Assembly (NCBI GenBank): GCA_050084985.1
Contig: JBITNC010000002.1
Coordinates: 31,248,001 to 31,312,000, forward strand
Origin: Nageia nagi
Lineage: Eukaryota > Plantae > Pinophyta
Length of the DNA: 64,000 bases
Direction of reading: 5' to 3'
In this document: positions 24,001 through 39,000 of the stretch, in pieces
Layout of the letters: each line of letters starts with the position of its first letter
Position numbering within the stretch: the stretch's first letter is position 1
Translations under genes and position numbers: made by a program
Notes under the pieces: model-generated
The model's database searches: none
What the model saw: the letters and a program-made list of their open reading frames with translations, nothing else
What the model was told of the DNA's origin: nothing

Positions 24001-27000
24001 ATGATTTAGAAAATGATTCAATTGTGATTAGTTTCTTCTTATCTCTCAAAGACTTGCTTCTCGTTCTATTCTCATTTACTTTTTTTTTTTCTTTTTCATT
24101 TCTTTGACATAAAGTTTTACCCTTTTACTGTTGTATAAACCTTGGAATGATCAATGCAATGAAGAAGACACTCTAAACTAGAAAACAAACTTCAAAAGCC
24201 TTAAAACACAGGTTAACAAATACCATCTTCTACTTGAGCTATTCCCAGAGATTTATAAAAGAAATTTGCACATTCACACACAAACCCTGGGGTATCAATC
24301 TTTTCAAGTGGAGATAGGTAAAGCTATCTCATCTAAATGTTGCAATGCTTTCCCATTTTGTTCGTCTCCCAATGACACTGTAAGAGGAAAGAAAAATGTT
24401 CCAACAGTTTCTATCATGTTTGATGTCTCGGTTATCCCCAATAGGATTGTTTCACCCTCTTAATTAGATTTTGTCTCTTCTTAGAATTAGTTGTACATAC
24501 TCGTCTTGATACTTTGATTGGCTGGGATCTTGGTTTGTGCTCCCATACTACTGTTGTATCTTGTTTTACTTTTGAGTGGCATAATCATTATTTTTTAATT
24601 TCTTTTTGGAGAAACTATCCCCCTCTAATGCATTTCTTTATATGTGCTACATATTTTCTCATTTTTCCTATGGGTAAAAATGTGTTCATCAAAGGCACAC
24701 AGAATCTTCTGTCATTGCCTGCATGCTTCAGATCATCAAATCTGATTATGTAAAATGTTTGAATCTTAATTGGGAGAATAATTTGGGAATTTTCTCTAAG
24801 TCAGGATTATAATTAAATGCCTATAGAGGATCACTATCTTTAAGGGAATGCACAAATATCAAGGAAGAAGCAATATCAAGCTAAAAAGCAGGGTTTTCTG
24901 TTTTGTCAATGTTCACTCAGAAATTGATCCTAACCTGTCTGCTCACAACTGCACGCAGTCACATCTACAGAATGTTAGGAGTATGCCAACCAACCTTGAA
25001 GCCAAATCATGTAAAATTTTCGTACTTTTCGTATTTATGCAAATTTATGTTTTCAATGAATAAACAATATATCCTATAAGGTGAATGTAGAGACTCAAAG
25101 CATAAGTCATTAACTTATTTGAATATTGGTTTCCATAAGCTATGATAGATAGGCACCAGGAAATAAATTATAAACTATAAACATCATCCCTTTTTTACTG
25201 TGTTTCCTATGAAAGATATAACTTAGCAGGTATGTAGACAAACAAATGAAAATACAATTTTATGTGTTTCATATTTCAAAGAAAAATGGATCTCTCAACC
25301 ATAACATGAAAAGTCCTTGATAGTAACACATGAAGTTTAGAGATTATGAAGTACCATTGGCTAAGAGCTCTTCCAAAGAGAAGCAGCTCCCAATTGACTC
25401 TGGAAGGAACTTCAAGCGGTTATTAGACACATTCAATTGCACCAACTGCATCACAAAGAACGGTAATTTGAGATAAACATATTGTGTTGGGAATTAAGCA
25501 TATAAATTTAAGAGACAAGGACAGCTACCCAACACTCCACCTCTGCTTGGATTATTGTATCCCCGTATCAGAGACACATAAGAAACTCCATGGCTACAGA
25601 CTGGAAACCATATCCAGGCTGTATAAGTACGTATTAACTATGAATACATTCCAAGCATAGATGGGAGCCATATCATCAACAACAGATTAGAAAAAAATTG
25701 TTTATTTGTCTTGTACATAGAAAATGGAGTAAAATATTTATATTGCTCTTAATTAATGAAAATCTCATCTTTCCAGCTTGTGAATTTATTTGTTATGATG
25801 TTTTCTTCTAATATAGAAAGTATTTGCTTTTTATAGATATTGTATCCAGACATATCTGTATCATGGGTTTCTAAATACATGTCGTGTCTATATCTGAAAT
25901 CATATCTATTCCCATCTCCATGCAACTCTTTCTCTATGTTACAATTTTAAAATAATATATAAAATAGGCAGGATTCTAAATATTCTGTAAATGACAGTTT
26001 TCTGATAAAGCAAATCAAAACCAAATTAGACACAATCAATTTTACGTTATTTTATAAACACTGTAGTATAGATATTTGCATCTCAGTTTAAAAGAGCCTG
26101 AAGGTCTTAAATTCTTTTAACAATATATGTTTCTAAAATTAAGTTATGTCTTGTAAAGTCTCTTACTAAATTCTTATTATTAGTGTCAAACCAATACTAT
26201 CAACATTTCAATTGTTGCTTCTAACCTTCCTTAATTCAAGAATAGTAGTGTGATTTGACCAGTATTCGTTTAGGTTCAAACTTCAGAAATAAATCCATTT
26301 GGAGAATATTCGGCATAATAGCAACAAATAGAAAATAAAACAAATACTAAATTTACATAAAATACATTAAATGATGACTATTGGCAATTATGCAAGAATT
26401 ATTTGGCAAAAATTGCATATTTTCAAAATATATAACTTTTACCAAATGTCTATGCATTGGCTCAACGAATATCCAGCTGCATAAACAAAAATATTTGCCG
26501 AATCTCATAATGCTCCTAACACTAAAGTTCACGTTACAAGTCAACTTCTGTTTTCCCCAATCATGGTGCATACAGGAACGTATGAAGACTTTAAGGGCTT
26601 CGAATCCAAAAGATAAATTGAAACTTTGGCTTCAACCATAACCTTGCGTCTCATATTCTTAAAAATTATTTGTACTTACAAATGCTATTAAATATATTCA
26701 TATAGTCATTTCTTCCTTCCCCTTATCTGTATTCTCTATTCAAATTGTTATGATGGTCAAATCATAGTATTATTTTCACATTATTGACAGGTTTTAAGGG
26801 ACACTAGTAGAGGTGATGACAGCAAGGACTAGTTTCTGAACCATTGCATAGATATCAACAAGAAGAAGGGAAAAAATGAAAAATAATTGGGATGTCTATA
26901 AGACTGTTAATTTTGCTAACTCAATTTGCACTTACTCATTTTATGAAACACTTTCAAATAAGAATTGTGGACTGTAAATATGACAGCAAACTAGCGAAAC

Positions 27001-30000
27001 CAAATGAACATACCTCACACAAAGATTTCCATAGAAGAATAATGAAAAAGAAAGGGGTCCTGTATTGCTCTTGAATAAGTACATACATAGCAGCACCACA
27101 CATTAAAATGAAGAAACACATGTACAAAAGCACCCTTTTAGTGTTTTCAATGCGAATTAGATTCCCATGGCATTTTTCATAACTCCCCACATGTCTCTTG
27201 GCTTGCTTGAAACTCAAGAGACATTGAATTTTATTTTATTAGATTGCTAATTATGAAAAATTAGAGGTAAGAGTACATAACCACAAAAAGTACACACACA
27301 CAGCAATATCTACTTAACTGCCCACAAGTGAATCTCAAAGGATCAGCCATAAGCTTGCTTAGGCATAAGGGTTCTAAGTAGTCCTTCCTATATTTGAACA
27401 TATTTTCTAGTTTATTAAGAGGGAGAAATACAGTTTTAACTTGCGCTTTCATCAATATTTTGGCAAAAAGTTCAATTATACTTTTAATATAAGGTAGGTG
27501 GTCCCTATGTGAGCATCACTATCATTCTAGTCATGTCTCTCGCTAGTTCTCACTATCATTCTAGTCATGTCTCTCGCTAGTTTTTCTCCTTTTTGCCTTA
27601 TTTGATGCATTCGTGATCTCTTTAATGGAGTAACCATGTCTCATAAGTGATTTAGTTAGATGGAATTTCTCCTTGTGTAGATGGTCATTGTCTTAAATCC
27701 TAAGGGTTCTAGTTATAAGTGTATTGAGAACCTCCATTTTTTTCACTTCAAAAACCTTTAGGCTCCACATAGACCTCTTCTTTGATATGCTCCTCTAAGA
27801 AGGTTGATTTCACATTAATTGGATGAATATTCCACCTTCTATTGGCTCATATAGCTAGAACTATGCGAATGGTCTCCATCCTAGCCACAAGTGCAAAGGT
27901 CTCTTCATAATCAATGCCTTCTCTTTGAGTGAAACCTCTTGCCATTCTCTTTAAACTAGAGAAATTGAGGTGTCTAGACCTTAAATGCCATAACCAACTT
28001 GAATCTTTCATGCCTACTTGGCACAAACTAACTTCATTGCTCCCCAACCTCAAAGAAAAAGTTCTAGTTTTGCTCATAGGAACCATTGTCACAATTTTGC
28101 CATGTTTCTAAATGAACACAACTTTTCTAAGCTCATCCTTCTTGAATGTTATCTCATAGTTAAGCTCTACAAACTGCTCCACACTAAGCAAATTATATTT
28201 CTTGTTTGGAGCATAGTTGTAATGTACCCTTCTAGGGCTTATGCTAAACATGCACAATTACTCAAAACAATTCCGCATTCATTCACAAATTAGAGCATAA
28301 CTGTAAATGTTCAAAAACCATCTGTTGTGACTAAACACAACATGCCCCAAAATCCTACAATTGTGGGGACCCTCACTAACTCATCTTCACAAAGGGTCAT
28401 GTTTTTGTCTCCTACAATTCAAGTGGTTTCGAAAGACCTGGATACTATGTCAAGTTGTCCCATGCCTAAGTCTCATCCATCACTTGGTCTTAGTCATGTT
28501 GAGCCGTTTCAAAAGACAAAATCTTGTCTTTTTGTAGCATGCTCCTAACCTAGCAAGACACCAATTCCAAGAAAATGTGAAAATTTGGCTGAGTCCCACT
28601 CGCTAAGGCCCTAAGATAGGACAAACCAGGCAAGAGCAACCCATCGCATGCCTCCAAATGACAAAATCTTGTCTTTCTAGAACATGCGCTCAAGCTGGCA
28701 CGACTGGAGAGTTAGGAGCACCATTTCAAAAGACAAAATCTTGTCTGTCTGTAGCATGCTCCTAAGGCAAGGACATGCCCAGTTTGATCCGATGGTGAAA
28801 ATTGGCCAAGGCATGAAGCCCAGAACCCCAAGACCAGCTCCAGCACACCCAAGAGGGCTAGCACATGATTTCAAAAGACAAGTTTTTGACTTTTTGAATC
28901 ATGCACCAAGCCTGGGAAGCCTCTAGGAGCAAAGAAACATGAAAAATTTAGCTAAGGCACGGAGACAAGAACATGCAAGATGCAAAATTGGCCATCTGGA
29001 AGCTATCGCATGATTTCAAAAGACACAATCATGACTTTTTGAATAATGTGACCAAGCTGGAAAGGCAAGAGAGGTTGGCGCAATGCCTCAAAACAACAAA
29101 AACATGACTTTTCGAATCATGCGCCAAGCTTGGGGAGTGCCCAAGACGAGATGAAGGATGAAATTTGACAAGCCTAGGCATCAGAAAGACCAAAAACAAG
29201 GCAAGACCAGGTCACAAAACAAGCTTCAAGGTCAAGATGAGCAAGCGAGTAAAGAAGGCCAACGTGGGTAGAGCACTCACCCTTAAGACTAGCGCATGAT
29301 CCAGAAAGACATAATCTTGTCTTTTTTGGGCATGTGCCAAGCTTGAAGATACTCTGGAACCCTCACGTCTGGTCTTGGCCAGCTGGATTTGAAATTTAAT
29401 GCAGGCACACATTTCGAGGATGGACACATGGACGACCAGGGTGGAACTTTTCTTATGCTACGAAGTTCTTAGATGAAAACTTTGAGGAATGCATTGAGGC
29501 GTTGGGCCCATGGGCGTCGTAGTCACAATTTTTATTTTTATTTTATTTTTAAGAAAATGCAATTATTTTACTAAATACTGTTATTATTTGATAAGTAATT
29601 CCCAAGTTTGTGATGGATGAGGATTTGCTCCCACAAACTTGGAGGACATCTTGTAATGCCATGTGGCAAAGTTTGATTGGACCACTTACTATTTCTTGGA
29701 ACTTGCAATTAGGGTTAGGGTAACACATAGGGGTGCCCTAAAAACTATTTGTAGCCTATTAGGGCTCATTTGTGAAGGGATGAGACACTTTACATTTGTG
29801 AGAGACTTAATTCTATTGCCAATTGAACAAGTTTGCTCCATTTGTGAATGTGGTGTGATTTCAAGTAATTGAATGGTGAATGACTTCATTTGATGGGACT
29901 ATGAACGTTATTTGTGCACTTTCAGTGGATGAATGCTATTGTTATCTTGTCTTATTTGAGTTGCTTGGGTCATCTCATAAACCTTACTGAGGTGGATGAG

Positions 30001-33000
30001 AGAATAGTTGAATATCTCTTGAAGTGATTTGAGTAAAACCTGACTTGTGATAAGTTCATAGTTTGCATAATTAGACCTGTGCATTTTGTGATGGTTATCT
30101 CTTATGACGCTTAGCTTAGGAACTTCAGTCCACATTCGAAGATCTACCCATGACCTACCTTCTTGCACCCTTGCCATTGCTTTAGGCTCCTTTTACTAGT
30201 CTATTCGTGTTGTTGGCTAGTAGGGTGGACGCGAAGTGTGTGGAACCTAAATCAAGCCCAAGAGAAGCAGATCCCAATCCTATGTACACATCGATGAAAC
30301 CATATACACCTATGAACGATTCATACACCATGGTCAAATCTACTTTTTTCTTTATTTTTCACTTTTTTTTGGGCAACTTTTACGACCTAATTTTCTATTT
30401 TTTGAGAAACAATCACTTTCTAGAGATAGGGACCCTTCGAGTCTTTGATTAACAAATGATATTTGAGTTGGGAACAGCTTCAAACATCTCAACCAGTCTC
30501 CTGAGCAACCTCTCGCACACCCATCACAAGACCTTTGAGGTAACCAGTCCTCATAACGAGTAGGGTTCACGCGCTATCACCTAGGTGTTGGTGTCTTCCT
30601 GCAAGCCTTGCAAGCTCATTTGCCCATTAGCAAGGTAGGAAAGAAAAAGCCCCCAACACCATCCAAACATGTGCTCAAGACTGAGTTATAACAACTATAA
30701 CCAAATTTGATATATAGCAATGATGGAGCTTATACAACATGTGAAATCAACCAAACTAGGGCACAATTGCAGATCTGTAATATAACAGTAATATGCCTCC
30801 AAAATACCCTAATCCGCATACATCCTCATGCACAATGACTGATAATAGTACAACAATAATAGAAGAACATTCATTCACATCCGAAGAGCAATATAAGAGC
30901 CAAATATCAATAATAATAACCAAGAATAAGTATAGGGTTGTAACAAGCCTGTAACAAGTTCCAGGGCAATGCCTAAGACTCCAAAATGCTTCATCAAGAC
31001 TCCTAAAAGCTGGAGCAAAACCCAAGATGGCTCCCAAGGCTGGCGCAAGTCTCAAGATGGCTCCAAGGTCTTCTAAGGTTGGCGTAAGCTCTCCAAGTGA
31101 ATGTAATTGTGAATATGCCACTTCTAGGCTAGGGAGCAACCCTAGTCTTTAGAAGGAAGAGAGGGGAGCAACCCCAACTCCGAGATGATCCATGATCAAA
31201 TGCCAAATTATCATGATCCTCAAGTGGTGAATCTTTGCTCCTTTTATAGGTGCCTTTACCTTGAAATTATAAATAATTAAACTCTTGGCCGACTTGGAAT
31301 AAAATAACTTTCCCTAGCCGACTTTTCCTTGGCTGTAATATTAGAATCCTAGTTTCCTGGGCAAACTTTAATAGTCCATATCTTCCTCGTTTCTTGACGG
31401 AAACATGTTGTGTGACTTGTCAAAACGATTGGCAGAAGATTATCCATCCATTCCAAAAGACAAATCGGTGCTCCATGACTTGTGACGTAAGTTATGCTCT
31501 ACAAAGTTTCTCAAAATTGGGGACATTACAATAGTATGTATCAAGAATTTTCTCTTGCCATGCTTAGTGTCCACTTCTATGAGTTGTTTTCTATGCACAA
31601 CAAGTATAGTCTTATCACCAATCTTCAACTCACTCCTATAAGAAGTGTCCAACTTGATTAAGGGCTCTTTCTTCCCTATCACATGGTTGGAACAACCTGA
31701 GTCAACATACCACATTTCTTGAGTTATGCTTTCAGATTTATCAATTGTCAAGAACATAAATTCTTCATCAACATCTTCATCCACTTCGTATACAATGTTT
31801 TTTTTTGTTCCCCTCTTTCCTTTGTTTCTCTGGCTTTTTCTTTACTAACAATTTTCTGTTTACACTTTCTTGCAAAAAACCTGATTTCTTGCAATAATGA
31901 CATAAGAGATCTTTCTTCTTTGGCTTTCCTCCATTTTGTTGGCCTTTCCCTTCGCTCTTGGAACTTAAAATAGCCTCATTTTTTAAGACACTTGCCTTGG
32001 AGGCAAGAGCTTTATCCAAGGTGACTTCATCCTCCTACAAGTGAGAGCTCCTTGAAGTTCATCAAACTTCAATCTAGTAAAGTCTTTGGTGTGCTCAAAC
32101 ATCGTTGTGAGTTGGCAAAACTCAAGAAGAAGTAACTATAGTACTTTCTTGCAAATAATTACATCATGCAAATTTTCTTCATTAATGGCCATTTTGTTAA
32201 CAGCATTGTTGACTCTCATACAAAAATATTCTACTTTTTCTACCTCCACAGTCTTGAGATTTCCATATACCTTGTTTTCCTTTTGAAACCTCAAAGTCTT
32301 GATTTGGTCATTTGGTCCACCATAAGAATACTCCAAAGTTTTCCAAGCTTTATTTGCAATCCCCATGTTTGCCACAAGAAGAAAAACGGGTTTATCCGAG
32401 GTTGAAAGGATGAGGTAGAGTGCCTCAAAATTCTTTTGCTCCTTTTCCTTGGCCTCCTTGTCATCTTTTAACAAGGCCTTTCAATCCTTTGGAGGAACAT
32501 ACTGATTTTCCACAACCCCTTGAACCTCAACAAAATTTGCATTTCGATGCTCCAATAATCATAGTATTCACCATCAAACCTAAGAAGAAGAAGGTTTGAG
32601 TTGCCTTGTACTCTACCATTATACCTTAAAAATGAAAAGGAGAAAAACTTTCCAAACTTGTTTTTGGTTGGAAAAATAAAAGATTCCAATTAGCTCTGAT
32701 AGAAAATGTTAATTTTGTTAACTCAATTTGCACTTATTCATTTTATGAATCACTTTCAAACAATAATTGTAGACCCAGCCAAAATAACAACAAACCAGTA
32801 AAAAAACCAAAGTTTTATGGATTTTATAAATACGAAGCAGATTGAGCTTTTGATTTATGCCACCAGATGGCTTGAGAATTGTCATGAATGTCGTAGATGG
32901 TTATCTTTCAAAGATAGCATGAGAGAGCTTGGGATACCTCTACTTTCATCTAATTGAGGATTCTACTTCCAGATTTGTGTAAAAATAAGCAGTGGCAGAA

Positions 33001-36000
33001 AAAAGCCACAAACTGATTAAAGTAAATGAAACTAAGAGTACAACATAGAAAAATCCTTAGAAGACATAACTGCGACCTGACTGAAATTTAAAACAATCAC
33101 CTTTTCCATAAAAAGAAAAAAATTACTCGCAAGTAGTTGCTATATGCTTTCTTCTCAACATAGATAAAAGTCTTACATTGCGTAGGCTCCCTATTGTCTC
33201 AGGTAAAGATATCAATGAGTTTCCTGATATAGATAACCGCTCAAGCCGAACAAGTAGTCCTACTGTCAAAATATACAACCACATAAATGTCAGATAGTAA
33301 CAAAAAAATGATTTAGAAGTAATACAATGGTTTTAAGGATCCTAGATCAAACATCTTTCTCCAACATGATAATCAGTGAACCTCATCCAGCGATTAACAT
33401 ATCTCAGTTTCTAAAGGAAAATTCACAAGCAAGAAGTTCTCTTCTTAAAAAACCACCCAATAGCAACAGAGAATTAGGATACCAAGAATAGACACCCTTG
33501 AGACTGAGACAATAAGAGAGAATGAATAGAATATAAAGGTGGGTAATAAACAGAACTCTGTTATGTAATTAGTTTTCTGACAGATTAACTTAGATAACAA
33601 AACCTACATTCATCAGGTAAGGTTGTGAGTCGGTTATCATCAAGTGCAAGCACCTTGAGTGACTGAAGCTTTCCCAGAGTTATAGGGAGTCGCTGTAGAT
33701 GATTCTCGGACAGAATCTGGCAATCCAAAGAATCCAGAATCAGTAAACTCTATGTTATAATATACATGTCAATGTCAAGTTATCAACCATTCACAAAGAT
33801 GGACAATGATAAACAGGCATGATATGCAAATCGTACAGAATGAAACAAGAGAAACTCTCTACTTGTTTATGAACAGAAAAACAACTGCTATGAAAAGTAC
33901 AATATATTAGTATCAACATCTTCATCTTACCAAGCGTTGGAGGTTCACCAGGCTTCCAATCTCCAAAGAAATTTCCACTGCAGAAAGAAAACTGGACGTG
34001 ATTTCAGCAATATAAAAATAGCTCAGAAAGAAATTTAAAAATTATGTATAGAAATAATAGCAGATCAAAGTGTTTCATAATTCAACAATCAACATGAAAT
34101 CAAGGTCCATAAACAAAATACTATTGAGTTAACAATCTGTCACATTTCAGCGACAAGCAAAAGGGCAGGAAAAAACTTTTTCCACTATTGTGATAACAAA
34201 TATTGCAGGAAGGACAAATATGCTGAAAAGAAACATCAATGCTTATACCCACAGAAAATGTTATTGTTTAGTGTCCAACAATGAACTAATCAAATTCATG
34301 GCCTTGTACATGTCCTTCACTAAAAGCACAAATTGAGGGCTTCACAGAAGGTACTCATGCTCCAAGTTATTTATTGACACATCCATCAACCATCCAATAG
34401 CATGCTAATAGACTTGCCATGGTGCAACAACACCAAGATTTGGGGAAAATCAATCTCGATTACTTTGTACTAATGGATATGGGTACCTAACAGAAACCCC
34501 AAACTATAGGCCTCAAAGAGTTGCCAACTGTCCATACTATTAACATGCACACAAGTAGCAACTAGCCAAAACAGATAATCATAGTATTGTACTTGTGGAT
34601 TTCTACATAAGCTCAAGCAGCCTAACAAGGATTTATAAATAAGGCCTCTGCTTTATAATTTATCTGAAGTGCCCTTCGAACCAGTCATGTTTAATGGACA
34701 TGCAATTTGATATTTTTTAGAGACTTACATTTCCATTCAGAAATTCTTTCCTGTTCAAACCAGATCAGTTGATGTCATTGCTAATTCCAAATCTAACACT
34801 ATTAGTATTCTCATTATAATTATTTTCGGATCTTCTACTCTCCCCAACTTTAATTACCTCATTGTCAAAATTTTGATATGCTAGTTATGTGTCCAATTTG
34901 CATCCTCAGACTCGCATTTGATATAATAGATAAATTCTCTTCCCATTGCGAAGCTTTCTGGATCTTCTACTGTCCCCAATTTATTTCACGAATGAGAGGT
35001 CCCTTGTCATCAGAAAATTGATAAGCTGGTTACACATCCAATTTTGCATCACCCTTCCCATTGCGAAGCTTTCTGGAACTTCTGCTGTCCCCAATTAATT
35101 TCAAGAATGAGAGCTCCCTTGTTATCAGAAAATTGATAAGCTGGTTACACATCCAATTTTGCATCACCAGTTTTGCGTGTAAATTTTTTTAAGATAGTTG
35201 CTTTACATTAAATATTACAAATTCCAATGATTAAAATTGGTTCAACTTCTGTTTCACGATGTAAACAATTTATCTTCTCTATGTTAATTAGATGCAATGG
35301 ATTGCTAGTTTTGTGTCTGCTTATCTTCCAAATAATCATCCAATTGTAAGTTACCCTCCTATTAGGTTCAGCTCTTACTTCAAAATCAGAATTAATCTGG
35401 TAATATGAAGACTCTCGGCAGAACATTCTATCCCTGCATATATCACCTTATCATCAGACTCAAGCTGGCCTGAAATTGGCTTAGAAATTGCTTCATGCCC
35501 TCTGAGATCTCGAGAGAGATCAACAAAAGTTATCTCAACAAACTTCAGCCCTTATGATGTCATTATCATATTTGATAGTCTGAATTTAACTGCAGTTGTT
35601 TTATAATCCCTATTGTTCATAATCTTTTATATATTCATCTTTTGCATGCAAAAATGTTTCAGATCATACTGATTCCTCGCAAATTTAGTCAATGTGTTTT
35701 CCAGATACATTTCTGCCTTCCTACTAAATGTTGGAAACATAGTTGTGAAATGCAGATTTGGCCAATATTCAGAGATTCAGATATTAAAATCAGATATTTT
35801 TGTGTTTTCTATTTGCCACTTTTTTTTCCAAAATTTACTGAATAATCTCTAAACAGCCAAATTTTGTGCTCAAACATACTCTAACTGTGCTCACATCCAA
35901 AAGAGATGCAAGGATGGGACAAAATTCAGATTAGTACTTGTTGAAAGACAGGCATTTCGCACCAAAGGACTCACACCATACAACTGAAAATAAACATAAA

Positions 36001-39000
36001 CAAATACTACATTAAACATCAATCACTTTTTCTAAAACCTTAAACAGAAATAAAAGATAAAATAAATGTTACCTGGATTTTCATTTATGTGTGACCTGAT
36101 GCAGAGTGCACTCGAGAAAAGATAGTCCTCTGCATTCTTGTTTATCATCCATCTTTTGTTCATCCTAGACCATCCTCTCAGGGAAAACATAAAGGCCACT
36201 AAAAACCTCCTCATTGACCACAAATGTCTCATCATAAAAATATTTTGAATTTAGATAATCGCTTGTTGTATGAATGGGCTTATGAAGTTGACTTGACCAT
36301 CTACAATCAATCAACTCCCAAAAAGGGCAATACTTGGTGTCTATATTTTTATAATAACCTGTAATGGCCTCATATAAATAACCCATTGATGATTTCTAAT
36401 AACTAAATATATGAAACGACAACTATTAAAAACCTAACCTTCTTAAAAATTGAAATCATCAACCAATACTAACTTGGATTATTTCATGGTAGATGTTCCA
36501 AAAACCTTCATCAAAAATTATATTTGTGACAACAAGCGCTTCTTCTAAAGCAAAACAAATGACTCTAGGATTCTATCCATTTATGGCAAACAAACATCCT
36601 CTTCAACCCTGCCCTTCTATAATGAAGGCTCCGCAATGCAAGGAAGTTGGTGGCAAACCGTGTGACATTAGGTTGAATGATCTCTCTACCATCCATATGC
36701 TACCTTATCAAGTTAAGAAACCACAAATGATTGTTTGATGAATTTTGTAAATTTTTGCATTGTTCATCAGTTCCTTCACCCAACTTGTTTTTCCAATATC
36801 CTCCAATACAAGGTCAATGTAATGGGTTTTGCAAGGAGGCCAAAAAAAAGTATGACAAGAGGTTTCCTTGATGCTATATATGTTGTTATATTGTCAAATG
36901 TCAATGACAACTTGGACCACATTTTGTGGTCCTACCTCCAATATTTCATCCTCAAAAAAGGTGAACAATGTTCTTCCAGTTTTTACTTTGTTGGATGCAT
37001 CTACTGATTTTAAAAAAACTAGGGCTCCTAATGAAGCAACCAAAAACTCATGAGTGTCGACCTCTTCCATTCATCCATTCATAACACATAATAGTGCTAC
37101 TCTTCCTCACCCAAGTTTTTTTTTCCTCCTCAATAAGTAGATGCATGTCTTCTACACACTGAGCAACAAGGAGTCCTCAATAGTTATCATATATTGGGGG
37201 TTTGAACACCACACCACAAATCATCAAAGCATTCACTATAGACTCATAGTATGGTGCCTTTGCAACATTAAATAGAATGTTGCAAAAATACCAAAAAGTT
37301 GTCATTTCTTTTCTTGCCTTTGCATGCATAACCTTGTTCTAGCTAGTTGCCTCATAGGATTGTTGACCACTTGGACTATTACAAGGAACAAAAAATGAAA
37401 TACAACAAATTACGACCATGAGATAGAATCAATTGCAAAACCATAACAAGACCTAGGCCTAATGCTACTTTGAGTGGCACCGAGTACAGAAGATGGAGTG
37501 GCAAAAATTCTACCCTTTTCTACCTTAGATTTTTGTATTTGTTCCTTATTCCCAAAGAAACTCTTTCACTACCTGCAATTGAACAATAGGGCATATCTCC
37601 ACATCTTTGACTAAAATGTGGGCAAGATGGTATTTGACATAATTGATCCCACCATGTATGACTTTGACACAGTAATTGCATTCCAGTTGTCTAGCTACTT
37701 GAATCATTTCCATACACGGTCTCTTTATATGCTCATTTTCTTCTCTTAAACTGCAAACTGCATCATTATGATTAAATAAAAAAAAAAAAACATACTAAGT
37801 TGTACAAAAAAAAACTTAGCCCTTGGAAAAGAAAACCACAACCCTAAAAGAAGAAAATCAAAACCTTGGGAAAAGAAAAATGTAACCCTAAAAAAGAAAA
37901 AATCACCTATAACAAACTAACCCTTACTTGTAAGGGTTGTTGCATGCAATTTCAATGTCGATACTCGATAGGTTGGATTAAATTGCTCTCCTTCTCTTAG
38001 CTTTGTTGTGTTGACAAAGTAAAAAGAAAAAAAACAAAGAAAAACTCAAATTTAACCCTATCCCAACATTTTGCTAGCATAGCCAAATAATTCACGCGGG
38101 ATTCACAAACCGTTGAATAGTTGGCAGAAATTGCATATTTTTGGAATATGTGATTTCTGCCAAACTTTTCAACAATTATTCATTTCAGGCACTTTGGTGA
38201 ATAATCTGAATAATTTTCAAATCTCACAACTATGAGTGGAACCACTTTCTAGGTTAACCATGCATGGTTCTAGCATATAGATTTATCTTTGTTTAGTATT
38301 CTAACTTTCCAATAGTCTTTTCAATGTCAACAGTAAGCTGGGGGATCTCCTTTATCTCCAATGAATATGTTGGTTTTGGTAACAAAGACAATTTTGTTTC
38401 TATATTGTGCCTTTTAAGATGCCTCTCAGTAAATTGTACTATCCTCCTCGTTCTTACAGTTTCAACTTACGAAGCTAAGTATGCTCCTCCTTTTCCGTAG
38501 TATAGACAATTAGCTCCAAAGCCTTCTTGGCTGTTGCACCAATCTCATAAACAGTAGTGGAACTTCCTCCTCAAAAATAAGCAGTCCTAATTGTGTTTAA
38601 ACTATGTTCACATAAATTTCAGAAAAGTTGGATTTTCTCAACACCTCTAACATGATTCCTCCAGCACAACTGGGCTTGATCTTCAAACCTTCTTGAATTC
38701 TTTTCTCATATGTTGCTCAAACTTCATTCCACTAGCTTGTACAGAATCACTTGCTTGGAATTTGAAACAATTATTCACATGAACACACATAAACCAAAAT
38801 AACACATGAGTTTATGTTAGAGGAGTTGGGGAGTAAATGGGTGTTGAAATCTCTCATTAAAAAGATCCCAAGTTATATCTCCCAGTCTATCGAGTGTGCA
38901 AGATCACAAAAATAATCTTGTTGAATCATACCAGGTGTGGTCAAGGCTAGTGCAAGTCCTAGGTGACTTTGATTGTAGAGATACCATCTTAGCTGAAGAT

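Larger units (their letters stand above)
18646..24331 (+). mobile_element. Large (~3.3 kb net) solo LTR carrying a tandem array and a nested Copia
   Basis: Starts TGTAAGG after ATCTA and ends ...CTATCTCA followed by TCTA (ATCTA overlap); no coding domains; ends less certain. Confidence 0.6.
26905..32810 (-). mobile_element. Decayed Ty1/copia element in intron 5 with nested solo LTRs
   Basis: LTR-end repeat TGTTAATTTTG(C/T)TAACTCAATTTGCAC at 26905 and 32707, PBS remnant GCTCTGATA ~32693, gag (RFDGEYYDYWSIEMQ; CHYCKK), protease (WYVDSGCSNH), GAG-pre-integrase (WHLRSRHLNF), RT fragment (GIDYEETFALVARMETIR); 5' LTR truncated. Confidence 0.85.
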
